Positions 1 through 12,597 of a DNA stretch of 64,000 nucleotides are shown piece by piece. Every line of letters begins with the position of its first letter. Positions within the stretch are counted from its first letter, which is position 1. Position numbers and translations under genes: made by a program. The notes beneath the pieces are model-generated. The model had not been told where the DNA came from, searched no databases, and was given only the letters and a program-made list of their open reading frames with translations. This DNA is from Tubulanus polymorphus (lineage: Eukaryota > Animalia > Nemertea). The DNA is taken from the NCBI RefSeq assembly GCF_964204645.1, contig NC_134026.1, forward strand, positions 9,509,950 through 9,573,949, in the 5' to 3' direction.

Positions 1-319
1 TCATTCCCAAGTGTCTAGACCATTCTTTCTCAATCATTTTGGAGGGCTTAATTATTTGATTGCAAAGAATCAATTAGACATTTACCCAGGAGTTTAGCAA
101 CGGTTACTTGAAGTTCCTAGTTGGGCTGGTCCGGGACTGTCACCATGTTTCAGTCAGATGCTACTGGAGCAATTCTTTTCCATAATTGATTTGGTGGCTC
201 AACTTCGCGGAAATTGTGTCAATTAATGGTCAATTTTCATAACATTTTCTAAACACCCGGGGGACATCTGAATTACCATCACCATTTTTATTTGAGCATA
301 TGATTACATTATAATTAGA

Positions 320-1320
320 AGTTAAACATTTCTTTTATTTCTTCGTCTATCGCCTCCCAATCGTTATTTAAGTTATCGTAATACTCATTACGTTTCATTT
401 TGTATGATGTTTCATTAACCCTTTCAGTGCTGACTAATCAATACCCTATCGTGCTGCAGATAATTTGAACATTTTAGAAAAATTCTACCCTAGTGTGTTG
501 AATAACGGATGTACCACTATAGTGCGTCTAAACCGTGGCGCAGAGTATCGTTAGTTTGTTATATTTCACTATGTTTGACAGGTGCTGCCATCTTTCAATA
601 AAGATAAAAATTAATTACTAATTACATCAATACACCGCAGTACGGTGTACTAGTGAAATCCATCTTCGATTCATACACTGCACTGCGAGCCGCACTGAAA
701 GGGTTAATGAATTCTATGCCTGAGTCTTGGGCTTCGCCCGTTTGTTGTACATACTCTTCTTACATTTTGTTTTCATTTTCAAGTAACAATTCCTGAATAC
801 TCGCAATCTTATTTATTGACTTTTCAGTTAAATTCTTTCCCCACCCTAGTTGATATGCCCGGCCATAACACGTATTGAATTAGCTTTTCATAGAAACTTT
901 CACAGAGTTGTGGACCTAACTTTTAACCTTTAAACTTGACCATCAAGAATCTACGCTTTACTGTGACCAGGTCGATGGTCCCGGTGAACCTTGTTATAGG
1001 GTCCAGTTCATTTGTTGTGATTGTGTCATCGTCGGAGAGTTTTTGTTTGGTGCTAAGGGTCTTAACTTCTCACTCCGACTGATACATAGCCAAGATCATC
1101 GACAAAACACTGGAGTAATTCCAAAGGGAATTGCCGGCATCATCCACTTCGAATATCTTGTGGGCAGTGCTCATCTCCCTTGCCCACACACCCTCCGAGT
1201 CTGTCGGCATCATACTGCTGATGTTACGGGGTTGGTGTGTTGATGATGTGCTGATGTTTTCCGAGCAGTGTTTTCCAGCTGCTTTGGTGTCCTGGAATGC
1301 ACGGGAAGGTGGCACCATGA
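320..1320 (-). pseudogene. Decayed SF3-helicase (viral Rep/NS1-like) unit A plus downstream acidic ORF remnant
   Basis: Minus-strand frames give a Walker-A-like CIPGHQSSWKTLLGK (~1262-1300), Walker-B KIFEVDDAG (ORF 1070-1318), then ITTNELDPITRFTGTIDLVTVKRRFLMVKF (motif C and Arg finger, ~930-1025). Downstream ...MKRNEYYDNLNNDWEAIDEEIKEMFNF* (~320-400). Stops and frameshifts present. Confidence 0.55.
419..703. mobile_element. piggyBac-type MITE (285 bp)
   Basis: TTAA at 415-418 and 704-707 flanks a perfect 12-bp TIR, CCCTTTCAGTGC / GCACTGAAAGGG; removing the element rejoins the acidic ORF remnant. Confidence 0.9.
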
Positions 1321-1778
1321 TGCCACGTGGACATTTCCCTTAACCTTTACCTTACGTCGAAAGGTTAAAGGTCACCCGGGGTCACTCTCCAAGGTCACGG
1401 CCAAGCTGGAGATTTGCAAGGCAGCACACTGTGGCAAGTGCCCTGTAAATCTCCAGGTAACCTTTGACCCTGTGATGACCTAGGCAGTGGCCATCTTTTT
1501 TACCTTGAACTGACCTTGGTTCAAGGTCACAGTCAGCTACGGATTTGGGAGATAGGGGCCCCTGTTCTAGCCGGGTTAAGGTCGTGGGAAACATCGTGGA
1601 CGTTGTGCTGCTCCTCGTGTACCTCAGGACACCTATTGGATGAAGGTATTCTTCTTTATTGACCTGACCCTACAATTCCTACCCTGACTCTGAGTTGTTG
1701 GGTCCAGGTCTTCTGGATTTCCTCTCCAAAATAGACTCAAACTCAAGACTTTTATTAACCATCATTTTCATTATTTGA

Positions 1779-2220
1779 TTACATAATTAAAAAACCAAAT
1801 ATTTCTCTTATTTCATCATCAGTAGCCTCCCAATTATTGTTAAAGTTATGATAATCTTTACATTTCATCTGCTTGACCATTTCATCTATTTCCATCAAGT
1901 CTATGTCTAGAGCCTGAAGGGCTTCATCATAACTATTATTATTTTCTTGTGGCATTTCTTTGTCATCCTCAAGTAAACATATTGAACATAACTTTTCAAA
2001 AATTTTTCGCATAGTTCGGATCCGAATATGTTTATATATGTTCTGACTTGAAGCTTAACGTGAATTTAACAATCACAAACCTACGTTTGACTGCCTCCAG
2101 GTCTATTGTGTCGGCGAATCTGTTTATCAGGTCTGGGTCGTTTGTACTTATCAACGTCATAGTGGGCGTGTTCTTTTGTTTAGTGCTGTGAATTTTCGCC
2201 TCCCACTCAGACTGATTCAT
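1779..2220 (-). pseudogene. Decayed SF3-helicase unit B (C-terminal part) plus 77-aa acidic ORF; diverged tandem paralogue of unit A
   Basis: ORF 2032-2220 QSEWEAK..STKQK..TLISTNDPDLINRFADTIDLEAVKRRFVIVKF aligns with unit A. ORF 1779-2012 ends YHNFNNNWEATDDEIREIFGF, matching unit A YDNLNNDWEAIDEEIKEMFNF. Confidence 0.55.
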
Positions 2221-3042
2221 TTAACATGATCTGGTTGATCAAATTACAGGCTGGATTTCACAGCTGGGACGATCTGTGGAATTGAGACATTGAACTGTAC
2301 CATTTTATGTTTATACCTATCCAGGAAGAGTCAATGGCGTTTGAACTCGCGACTGCAGCGGCGAAAGCCACAGCAATAATTTACTGAATAACATTTTTTT
2401 CATTCTATACTATCGTTTTGACGAAATTAAATTAAATTTGCCACGGCAACATTAGCAAAAATTGGCGAATGGCGGCGGCAATCAAAATTTGCTTCCAACG
2501 CACCTGAGAGGAGACTGATGGATCCAATATGGTGGACAAATCTCTGCTTCTATTGATGGCGAAATTTGGTTGAACTTCGGTGATTTTGTAGCATTGGATT
2601 TGAACAAACTTCCATGCATATAATTAATTTATGCATTATGATGATAAATCATATAGTAAACCTATCAAAACCTAACAAGAAAATTCATCCCTGCGCACTG
2701 GTCATATTAGTTAGTTCAACCGTCAGTGTGCAGGTGTTTCTATTGTCGTGATAAATTTTTAAAACGAAGCAACCCTTCTCTTGACAGGACAATAACAACT
2801 CCAATTGAAGGTGCATTAGCTTCGGAGCTTACATCATTCTTTACGATGAGAAGATTCAGCCCGTGGCGAATACAACAGTCGGATTTAGTTGTCTAAAAAA
2901 CAGTTACCGGTATTCAAAATCTGAAAAAATTAGACACGATACCTGAATGGATGGACGGCGCAATTTGGAATCACAGGAATGTAATCGACATTAGATGTTT
3001 TGGCCATAAAGAGGTTTTCATTAGTGATAAAAGTCCAATATA

Positions 3043-3235
3043 ATGCCTTCTTATTGCTGCGTTCCGCACTGTTACGATAGGGGAGGACATCGTTTTCCGA
3101 TGAAACCCGACATGAGAATTAAATGGATCCAAGCTGTCAATCGAGGCGAGGAAGATTGGTTGCCAACTAAATGGTCAGTTGTGTGTCCGAAACACTTTGA
3201 CCCTGGTACTGACTATGAAGAGAAATCTAGAGAAG
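3043..3235 (+). CDS. THAP/C2H2 zinc-finger protein, exon 1 (THAP domain N-terminal part)
   Basis: MPSYCCVPHC...HRFP...IKWIQAV...PTKWSVVCPKHF is the C2CH THAP signature; donor G|GTATGT at 3235/3236, phase 1. Confidence 0.9.
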
Positions 3236-3915
3236 GTATGTCTATAGTGTCATTTACATTTTTCACGATGTGGTTGAAATGTCTTATTTTGGCTTGGGGA
3301 AATATTGACTTAGGAATAGAAAAAATCCGGAGGCCAGTTGCACAAAGCTAAGAATCGCATATGTGTGTAAAATGGTTCAAAACAAGAAACTGAAAACTTA
3401 TAAATTTTGATTTGGTCACTTCACCATTTCAAATTTGATTGTTCTGGTTTTACCTGAGACATTAATTTTCAAAATGTGAAAATAGCGGTTTTCGAATCAA
3501 ATCATAACCAACACTGCACATTTTAACGCCATATTGATCGCCATAAGTGATAATCAATAAAATTTCTGAAGGGATGGAATAGTACCTGAATAAATGCAAA
3601 GGAGATTTTTAGTGAAGTCCATTTTTGCTAACGGATATGACAATTCCTTCCATTGGTACAAAATAACTTTTGAACGGGGCCTAGTTTCTTTCCCGAAATT
3701 TCAAAATATTCAATGCAGTAATTCCACTAACATGAATAAAATTTCGAATTCCATTGCATTTTGTCAGAAAGCGTTGATTGATTTAGTTCATTATTTGTTG
3801 TTGGAAATATATTTCTTTTTGCAAGAACGCATGCATTGTCACATATATTTGTGCTTCGCACTCGCATGTCACAGCGACTTGCTGCTATGTAGTGTAAATC
3901 TATTCACTACTGCTA

Positions 3916-4277
3916 GGCCTTTTTTTAATAGCTTGGTTTACGGGACCCACCTCCCGAAATTTAAAGAAAAGTAGAATTAAAAAGAAAATTTTTAAAATTT
4001 TCATTGGAAAAACGAGCAAAAAAAAGTTTTCACCTCCGCCGAATGAGAATCCTGGCTTGAATGATGAAAAAATTGCAAAGCGCAAGGTTTTTTTGATCGC
4101 AGTTTGCAGAATTCGAACTTTCCAAGAATCTTTTGTTTGGACATACCCTATCAACAGTTCCCTCTTCCTTCAAAAAGTCATTTTATCTCACGGAGGGAAT
4201 TTTTTTAAAATTTTTATTTCCTCCGAAATGATATTTTAATAGGTTTATCCTGTAAACCAAGCTATTAAAAAAAGGCC
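3916..4277. mobile_element. PIF/Harbinger-type (Tourist-like) MITE in intron 1
   Basis: About 29-bp TIR GGCCTTTTTTTAATAGCTTGGTTTAC(G/A)GGA; 3-bp TSD CTA at 3913-3915 and 4278-4280. Confidence 0.8.
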
Positions 4278-4885
4278 CTAGCTACGCACATGTATATGAA
4301 AAGTGTGCCTCGCGTGTGGCCTAGTTTAAGTTTTCCAAGAAATTGCAAATGATTTTAGCAACTGCGTGCTGCCGTGGTTAACATTAACGGCAAGCGCGCA
4401 TTTTCAAAATCTTTATTATTTTAGAAATAATGATGTAGGCCTAAAACAAAATCTTTATGAATCATAAATGCTTAGACTCTAACATTTGGCCTTAAGGTCC
4501 AGTCTGATAGCTACAAAGCAACTATGTTGACATGTGGATGCTAAGCTTGTACCCTATGGACTGCATGGTCAACTAATTGGCCTATGCCATGGGTTTTTGG
4601 CAATTCTGCCAAGCGCAGATTGTATGTGGTTGTAAGAAGTACACATACTGACGTACAATTTTGATGGTATGGATAAAACATGCATCATCATGTTAATTTA
4701 GGAAAGTCCATATTAACAATTCTGTTTCTTCGTAGTTATGGTAGACCCTACCCTATACAATGGCTTAATCTTGTTTTATTCGTATACTTGAGGGCTTGAG
4801 CATGCAATGTTTTGTAGCTCATCCATCTAATTCTAGCGGTACACGCACTCCAGATGGATATATTCAGTTTTAATTCATTTTCCAG

Positions 4886-5083
4886 GTGATGAACTACAGA
4901 ATAGGAAATTGAAAGCAGATGTCGTTCCACATATATTTCCGAAGATAACTGATGAATTTCGACATCGGAGGAGGAGACGTAGAAAGAAACTGAAAATGTA
5001 CGAAGATGAATCTAGTATTGATGCTTGTCTGGCTGAAATTGCTGAACTAAATATAGATATTGATACAGAAACTATTAATTCAG
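4886..5083 (+). CDS. THAP/C2H2 zinc-finger protein, exon 2 (THAP AVPTIF box and basic stretch)
   Basis: Acceptor ttttccAG at 4884-4885, phase 1, gives GDELQNRKLKADVVPHIFP (THAP C-terminal box) then RHRRRRRRKK (NLS-like); donor G|GTAAAA at 5083/5084, phase 1. Confidence 0.88.
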
Positions 5084-6110
5084 GTAAAAATATACTCCTA
5101 GGCAAATGTGGTTCCTGCAGTACCATGAAATCAGGAAAACATTTGCAGATATTTTGCAGTTCAGAATTTGGCACATTTTCCTCTAATTTGGAAATATTTG
5201 GGAAAGGGAAACTTTTCAGCAATTGTTCTTGAAAAAACCTTTTTCAACCATTAGAATGATCACTTCCAGTGAGTACGATGGTGTATATATCAGTGTATGA
5301 TATGTGTATTTTAATCACAGGCGATTTCCAAATGGAAAAATCACCCATGAAATGCTTGGGAAAAATACAAATTTGGATTCATGTGACTGTAAGAACCATA
5401 CGCTAAGAGAAAAATTCATTTAATAATGACAAACTTTCAATTTGAATTCATGACTGTAGCAAAAGAGCGGTGTGTGATATGTAATACTCTAGACACACAT
5501 ACATACATCATAAAAGGGATCTTTATTTTCATTCACTTTATCTTCAGCAAAATCAGTTTTCAGTTGCATGTATTGTCATCATATTACATAATAAATGAGA
5601 ACTTGGTACTCCAAGAGTTGTTGACTGATTTGGTATCTTTATGTGGAAAACTGGCCCCTGCTATGTTTTCTCTTAATTTCCTACTACAAGCTGATGTTCT
5701 ATATAGGATACTTGATTTGAACTGAATCCTGGATAATATATTTGATACTATACCTGATACCCTTCTGTAGTACACCTTTGTGGAGCCAAATCAGTATCGA
5801 TTTTTCCCAGTTGTTATTCGCTGATTGCTTTGAATATTTGACAAGAATATACTGCCTCTGGTGAGCCCACTTGCAGTGCAAAACCCAGCGGTTTACGGCA
5901 TTCACTTTTCATTCATGCAGGATGTGAATATTGTTTATAGCCTTCATGGTTTTTGGCTCGAGTCTATGTCGACGGTCTGGCCCGATCGATATTTTTCTTT
6001 ATGGTGCGCAAAGTTGAAAGCCGTGGGTTTCATATTTTTTGAGAAATTAACCAAAAGATATTTATACGACTGGAATAATTATTTTATCATCATTAATTGA
6101 AGTCATTTTA

Positions 6111-6665
6111 TTAGGCCATCCGTAGGCTGAGCCTATTACTATACAAATGGAGCGAATTTGAATGACATGGTTTCCAGAGTAAAGGCTCTTTCACTGTGCA
6201 ACTGAGCATATATTTATACAAATCATTCATTAGAGCATTGTCCATTCTCCAACCCCTATGAAGCTGAATTTTGAAAGAGGGCCTCGTTAAAATTTATATG
6301 AGCTTTTTCGCGAATATCTGATCACAAAAATATCTGTTTTAGAAAGCCAACCAGTAAGCAAAGACTCCTCTATGATTGTCTTAGCTGCAGAGATCAGCAG
6401 GTGTTCACGTGAACCCGCGGTATCATCTACCGTTTTACTTCCTGGTTTTATTTTTAGATCTAAAATTGTATTTCGAGATTGATTTCTGTGAAAGCTTTAG
6501 TTGATTTGGTGTTTGGGAGGGATATTTTTTTTCACTACGGAAAATATCATCGACAATTGTGCAGAAAGTCCGGGAAAAATAGCTTTTTCTCAAATCGGAT
6601 GGATGAATTTGATATGCTAATTAGCCATGTGCTCGAACTACAAATTCAGTCAAATTTAATTCATA
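6111..6665 (+). repeat. Interspersed repeat family A, copy 1 (Helentron/HINE-like 5' end), in intron 2
   Basis: TTAGGCCATCCGTAGGCTGAGCCTATTACTATACAAATGGAG... and CAGGTGTTCACGTGAACCCGCGG... recur at 53734 and 54751; T-run start with a short TAGGC/GCCTA inverted repeat. Confidence 0.7.
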
Positions 6666-7094
6666 AAAAAATATCAAATCCAATTCAATTTTACTTTATT
6701 GAACAAATAAAAACATCAAATCCAATTCAATTTTGTTTTATTGAGCAAATTTCAGAAAATTCAATTCTATTCCACATTAAAATCAATAAGATCAAGGGAA
6801 AAGATTCATCTGAGGTATTTGTTCCTACCAGATCCAGTCGCTGTCTGTGCTACTTTTGTATTCCACGATTGTATTGTGTAAATTATTAGGTATTGGCTCT
6901 GAGCTGGGAGTGTATTTTGACAAATTTAACCCACAGAATGCATCATCATTTGCCATTTTATGAAATGCTGACAGGCTGGCCATAGTGCCCCTTGGGGCTC
7001 TTGTTTTTCCTGTTGCCCATGCAGGATGAGGTATTACCGAGATCAATTCGGGTTCTCCACTAATGTAACGATTAAGAGAAGTGACAGTGAAATT

Positions 7095-7171
7095 ACGCGC
7101 ACTCATCGGGTAACGAACCTGGGTCTTGTACGTAGAAAGCAAGCGTGCTAGCCAGTAGACCAATAGAACTA
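7095..7171 (-). repeat. tRNA-derived SINE-like head or tRNA pseudogene
   Basis: Minus strand has an A-box-like TGGTCTACTGG and a B-box-like GGTTCGTTACC at tRNA-like spacing; the cloverleaf pairs poorly. Confidence 0.5.
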
Positions 7172-8779
7172 GTCCACGTAGCCAGTGGTTATACAGCTTG
7201 TCCTATATGCGTAACACTCGCTTGTCAGGCGTTTGTTGCCACTTGACTGAAGCCTCTTAGTTGGAGGCAAAAGCGCCCTGGCAAGGGAGGATGGGAAAAA
7301 ACCACGTCATGTGTTATTATTGATATATCCTTTCGGCCCTCGGGATTTTCCATATATTTCCAAACTTCGTTTACCCATAAAGACCGATCGCGGACAGATT
7401 GATTGATATATCTCAGTAAAAATGTTTGATAAATCCCGTGACTCCTGTTGGCTACAGAAATAAAGGTAACAAGGTAAATTGTATGTGAGAGTCAAAATCA
7501 CTTAATTCGTCAATTGGATAATTTATCACTTTTGTGCCGGTCCCAAAAGTGACGATTAAAGCAAGGTCAATTGTACAAGTAATGACTTCACTAAGTTGCA
7601 AAGCAATAAGAACGGGTTTTTGAATTACATGTAAATTATGCAAATTATGGCCACTCATTAAATCTGTTGAAGAACAGCATTTTTATCATTTTTGCGAACC
7701 AATTCTTAATTAGTGGGAATTATTGGATACAGTATGAAGCAAAGTTGGGCAGTTTATTATGCTATTAATCATGTGCGTATTCAGTGTTAAGGTTTTACAG
7801 TTATTTCATGGCAATCAAGTTGCAAATTACTTATTTTAGCCTACTGTGGCCAAAGTATACACATTTGAAAATAACTTTGAATTGAAAAGTTGTTTAGATT
7901 TATTTACTTGAGCTACATCTTGAATTCCATAAATATTCAATTTTTGGTATGGTTACCAGGTGGCATTTTACATGAAAAATAATTCATTTTGATCCATTTT
8001 GGCTAAACTATAGATTTTTCAGAATGGGTTTGAATTGCAAAGTTGTTCAAAATACTGAGCTCTACCTATGTACCAAATTTTTGTTACTTCACTTACTTTA
8101 CATGCTTTTCCTTTATTGTGGATTAACCGAAGGGTTTCAATGGCAAAGTGGTTTGGGATATCCGGCATTGCCCAAGTGTGCAATGCAAAAATTTCTCAAC
8201 CTTGAGCTGGTTGTATGAGCTGGCAAGTAGGAAACTTTGTAATTCAAGTCTATGTTTATACACTCGATTGAGGCTTTGCCTCATGGAAGATTTATCAATC
8301 TTCTATTCTACGTGCTTCGACCAATCCAACAACTTGAGATGCAATTGAAATAATTTTGCAGTGATACTAGGTGAAATGTTTTAAGGTGCGGGGTTTCTTT
8401 TTTGTCAACATTGCTTGCTGCTTTTGAGTTCAGTTTGAAGTTTATCTAACTGCACTATCAGATGGCTGTTTCTATAGCGCTTGGCGATGGGCATATAAAT
8501 TCTGCTCTACATCACAGCTCAAACTTCTAAAGATGACGTGTACACACACACAATTTTTGTGGAAATCAAGGAGTTAGTAGCAAATTGCATTCAGGTTTTA
8601 GAATGAAATCTGGATTACAAACTTCCTGGAATATGTAGAACGTGTCCTGGTCAAAATGAATGCACTAGACGAGTATAACAGAAACAGTAGAAAATCCCAC
8701 TTTCCTAAAAAAGCCTTGTTACTGGGGTGAACAAAACCAGGTTACTGTTATCTCATGATGTATTAATTGTATTTTTCAG

Positions 8780-11700
8780 CAGAGGAGCCGGGAGAAGATA
8801 AGCAAAAGGAATTGCTGTCCGATTTCTATTGCAATGTTGGGGAACTGATGCGTCTTCAAGGGAACAAGTGGAAACTGTCAGCGTCAGATGATATGGTGGT
8901 CCACATCAATAAACATCTTAAAAATAGTGTGTTGAACAATAATGAAACAACACAGGATTACAATTGGTTGATGAGCTTGGATGATGACCTGGCACCTGAT
9001 GATAAGGAATCTAAGATCATTTCAGAAGTTGAGCACAAATTCGGGATGAGTTTGGCTGACTCTGTCAAAGATGGCCGCGTGAAGAAAGTGTGCATCAATA
9101 TAGTCAACTCTGACCAGTTGAGCAATAAATCGCACCAAAACATTGCGCAGAATGCTGTTATGTCGTCATCACCGGTAGAAACAGTCGTGCCAAATGATGA
9201 TGAGATTGTGTCAGCGGCAGTGGTGAAGAAAGCAAAAACGGTGGAGAAAGTGAATACAGTGGAGAAAGCGAATACAGTGGAGAAAACAAAAACAGTGGAG
9301 AAAGCAAAAACAGTGGAGAAAGCAAAAACAGTGGAGATAGCGAAGACAGTGGAGAAAGCAAAAACAGTGAAGTCGACAAGCACTAAAACGAAAGTTGGTT
9401 TGAGATATTGCCCAGATGTCAATTGTAGGTTCAAGACTGCAGATCAGTTTGTGATGGCTGACCATGAAGTTCGACAGCACTACATCATTCCCAACTTAAA
9501 GACGATGACACATATTTGTCCACTGTGCCACTTTGCGACAAATGACTTGCGCAACTTCATATGTCATCAACTGAATGGCCATGTCCAGAAAGCGTTGTTC
9601 GTTTGCCACAAGTGCAAAACTCGATTGGTCAGCCATTACCACCTGGCGTTGCATTTTAGGAGCCTTTGCGCCTATGATCCTCTCATACGAAACTTGTGGA
9701 ATCAACAGGCAACGACTGCAACAACTGTTGAGTCTACGAATACTCAACCAGCCATCAAACCTGTGTCAATTAATGTTCAGAAAAGTGGCTGTACCATTTG
9801 CAAACGACAGCATATAATTGGTAAATACACATGCCGAAATTGCTCATTTGCAACTTCTTGCCCAAAACAGTTGGAAGATCACATGTCAGGCGTACATCAC
9901 AGTACACACATATATCATTGTCCAGTTTGTGGGTTTAATACAAAGAGCTACAATAGAATCGAAATGCATTTATTGTCTAAACATAAGGAGAATCCTACTG
10001 AGCAGAACAATGGATCCTCTACACCTGTTTGCCAGGCTGCTGATGATTTCGCGCTCACTTGCGCTTTCTGCATTCTGAACGTACCATTGAAGTTTTCCTC
10101 TACGTGTGATTTGAAGGAACACCTTGGCATGGTGCACATAAAGAAGAATTATTTTGAACGACCATGGGCGTGTGGAGTTTGCGATTTTAAATGTGTCACA
10201 GAAACGTACCTAAGGAAGCACTACATGGATGTCCACAAGAAAATCGTTTCAGTCGTACAAGTCAACAGAAATGCGTTAAAAACGCTGAAACCAGTATTAG
10301 ACCAGATGTTACTCGTATGCACCGGCTCTTGTCAGCCTAAGAAATCTAATGTTGATCGTCCCACAAAAGATTCTGTGACTCCGAGCAGCTCGGCGAATGT
10401 CTCTGTCTCAAGAGGCAATGCAAAGACTGTTTCTGTGACTACCAGCCGTGTAGAGAATGTGTCTGCCACCATGAGCAATGCAGAGATTGCATCTGCCACT
10501 ACGAGCCAAGCAGAGAATGTATCTGGGACTACGAACAATGAAAAGAAAATGTCTGCCTGTTCACGTATTGCAGAGATCGTGTCTGCCATCACAAATCGTG
10601 CAGAGCATTTGTCTGCCACTACAAGCCATGGGAAGACTATTACAGAAACTGAACCAGTTCAAGTAGAACAGCCTGAGCAACCTAGTATCCCATATCTATA
10701 TCTTGCAGATACTATCCATACCAAAAAGGAATCTATTCGTGTGTCCTGCGTTAAATGTAAAATGCACATTAAAGTGTGTAACAGTAGTAACTCTGGTTAT
10801 GTCCTCAAGCGTGGTTTGAGATCACATATACTAAAGCATGTCAACTTGCAACCGTACACCTGTACATTGTGCAACAGAAATTTCAAAACTAAGAGTAATA
10901 TTCGACTTCATCTGACTCAGAATCATCCGACAAGTGCAAAAGGTGATTACAGCATCAAAGAAGATTTGCTCAAAGCGCAGAAGAAAAGAGTCTCCGAAAT
11001 GATGCAAATGTGTCCGATTGTACAGGAAAAAGATAATATGGATATGGCCATTTACATCTGTTCGGTTTGTCATAAGGAGACTGATTCCTGCGGCGTGATG
11101 GAGGAGCATATTAAAACCCATGGAGAGGACTGTAATCCATCAATATTCATCAAGACTTGCTCTAGTCATCCGGATAAACCGAAACCCCCAATAAAGGTCC
11201 ACGTTAAATACGAATTTCCGATAGTGGTTCCGGAGGTGATCTTAACGAAACGCGACCAGCTATCAACGTACAGGTGTAAGAAATGTTCACATACTATGCG
11301 TCAGTTCAAACAGGTTGAAGAGCATATCATCGATACGCACATGATGGATGCTAAGCCCTATCGTTGCGCATATTGTATGTTTGAAGAATATTCTCCTGAG
11401 CACTTGTTGAAGGCACATTTAAAGCTGAAGCACCATCCAGAAAAGGATGATACTATTGTTCAGAATGAAGTCTATACGGAGTGCCTTGGAAAAATTCAAG
11501 ACACGCTGAAGATGGTTGAGGGGACTGGGATTGAAGTTCCTGGGGCTGAACTGAACTGCAATTTGTGTCAAGACCATTTGTTTAAGAGCCGTAGTTTGAA
11601 AGTTATGGAGAATCATTTCAAAGAACGACACAATGACAAACAGTTTAATGTATCCATAAAATTCCCTGCCATCAAACGGCCAGCTACATATTTTCCTCTG

Positions 11701-12597
11701 AGATATGGTGATGAGAGGAAGAATCTATGGAAACAATATTTGTCGCTAGAGGATGATGATGACGATGGCGGTGATTTCGATACCCCTTATCCGATGCCTG
11801 ATTATCCTCGCATTATTTATGTATCAGATACGTACAGATGCAATAATCATAATCGGGTTGAAGACTGCAGCATTTTCCTATGTCACCTATGCGAACGTTA
11901 TGAACTCTGCTTCAATGAGGAAAAAGAGAGGAATCACTTGTTTGTAAAGCACTTGTTGATGTCTGGTATACGCCAGGTTGTACCATATTTTTGCCCAAAA
12001 TGTCCTTACAAAGATTCGAATAAGCGTAGAGTTAACAGACATCTGCGTAGAGTTCATAGAAATCACTCCTTAGAGGTGATCGTTAATGCTGAGGCTGAAA
12101 GGGTGTTGAACAGTAAGGTTGATGAGCTATTCAATAACTGTAAAGCTCAACAGGAAAGTTTACGCCATAATAAAGTACTTGTAAAACAATCTGATTGTCG
12201 ACCCCTGCTACGGAAATTGAAGGGAGGTAAAGCAGATGACAGACTTGTTGCTAGTGTTCCTGAACCCAATATTGATGATAATGGATTGGCTGTAGTTGCT
12301 GATAGAATTTCAACTTGTGAAGATAATGCAGATGAAACAATTAAAAAAGAATCCAAAAAACGTAGATCGTGTGATAACTCGCTCAATCAACCAATCGCTA
12401 AAAGTTTGCGAAAATCTGATTCCTGTAGCGCAAATTTGAATATATTGATTGACGAACTCGGTCAATATGATGCCAAACTCAAAATGTGTTGTGAAATTCC
12501 TCTCATCGATATTACTAGTAAATTTATCCAGCTTCCTTCGTTGCCTAAATTTGATGCCCCTGTCCAATGCGAACAGAGGTCTAATTCTGGCCTTTGA
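8780..12597 (+). CDS. THAP/C2H2 zinc-finger protein, exon 3 (about 15 C2H2 fingers); spliced product 1402 aa
   Basis: Acceptor tttttcAG at 8778-8779 is phase 1 (G+CA=Ala). Open 3.8-kb frame with fingers such as CPVCGFNTKSYNRIEMHLLSKH, CTLCNRNFKTKSNIRLHLTQNH, CPKCPYKDSNKRRVNRHLRRVH; stop TGA ends 12597. Exon lengths sum to 4209 nt, divisible by 3. Confidence 0.9.
9229..9372 (+). repeat. Coding 18-bp minisatellite (KAKTVE-type hexapeptide, about 8 copies)
   Basis: Repeated AAAGCAAAAACAGTGGAG-like unit in frame. Confidence 0.9.
10372..10635 (+). repeat. Coding degenerate 30-bp repeat (VSATTSxAEN-like decapeptide, about 8 copies)
   Basis: GTGTCTGCCAC...GCAGAGAAT recurs at 30-nt periodicity. Confidence 0.75.

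Noticed and set aside
7095-7171. Functional tRNA gene
   Set aside because: Acceptor and anticodon stems pair poorly; better explained as a SINE head or pseudogene.
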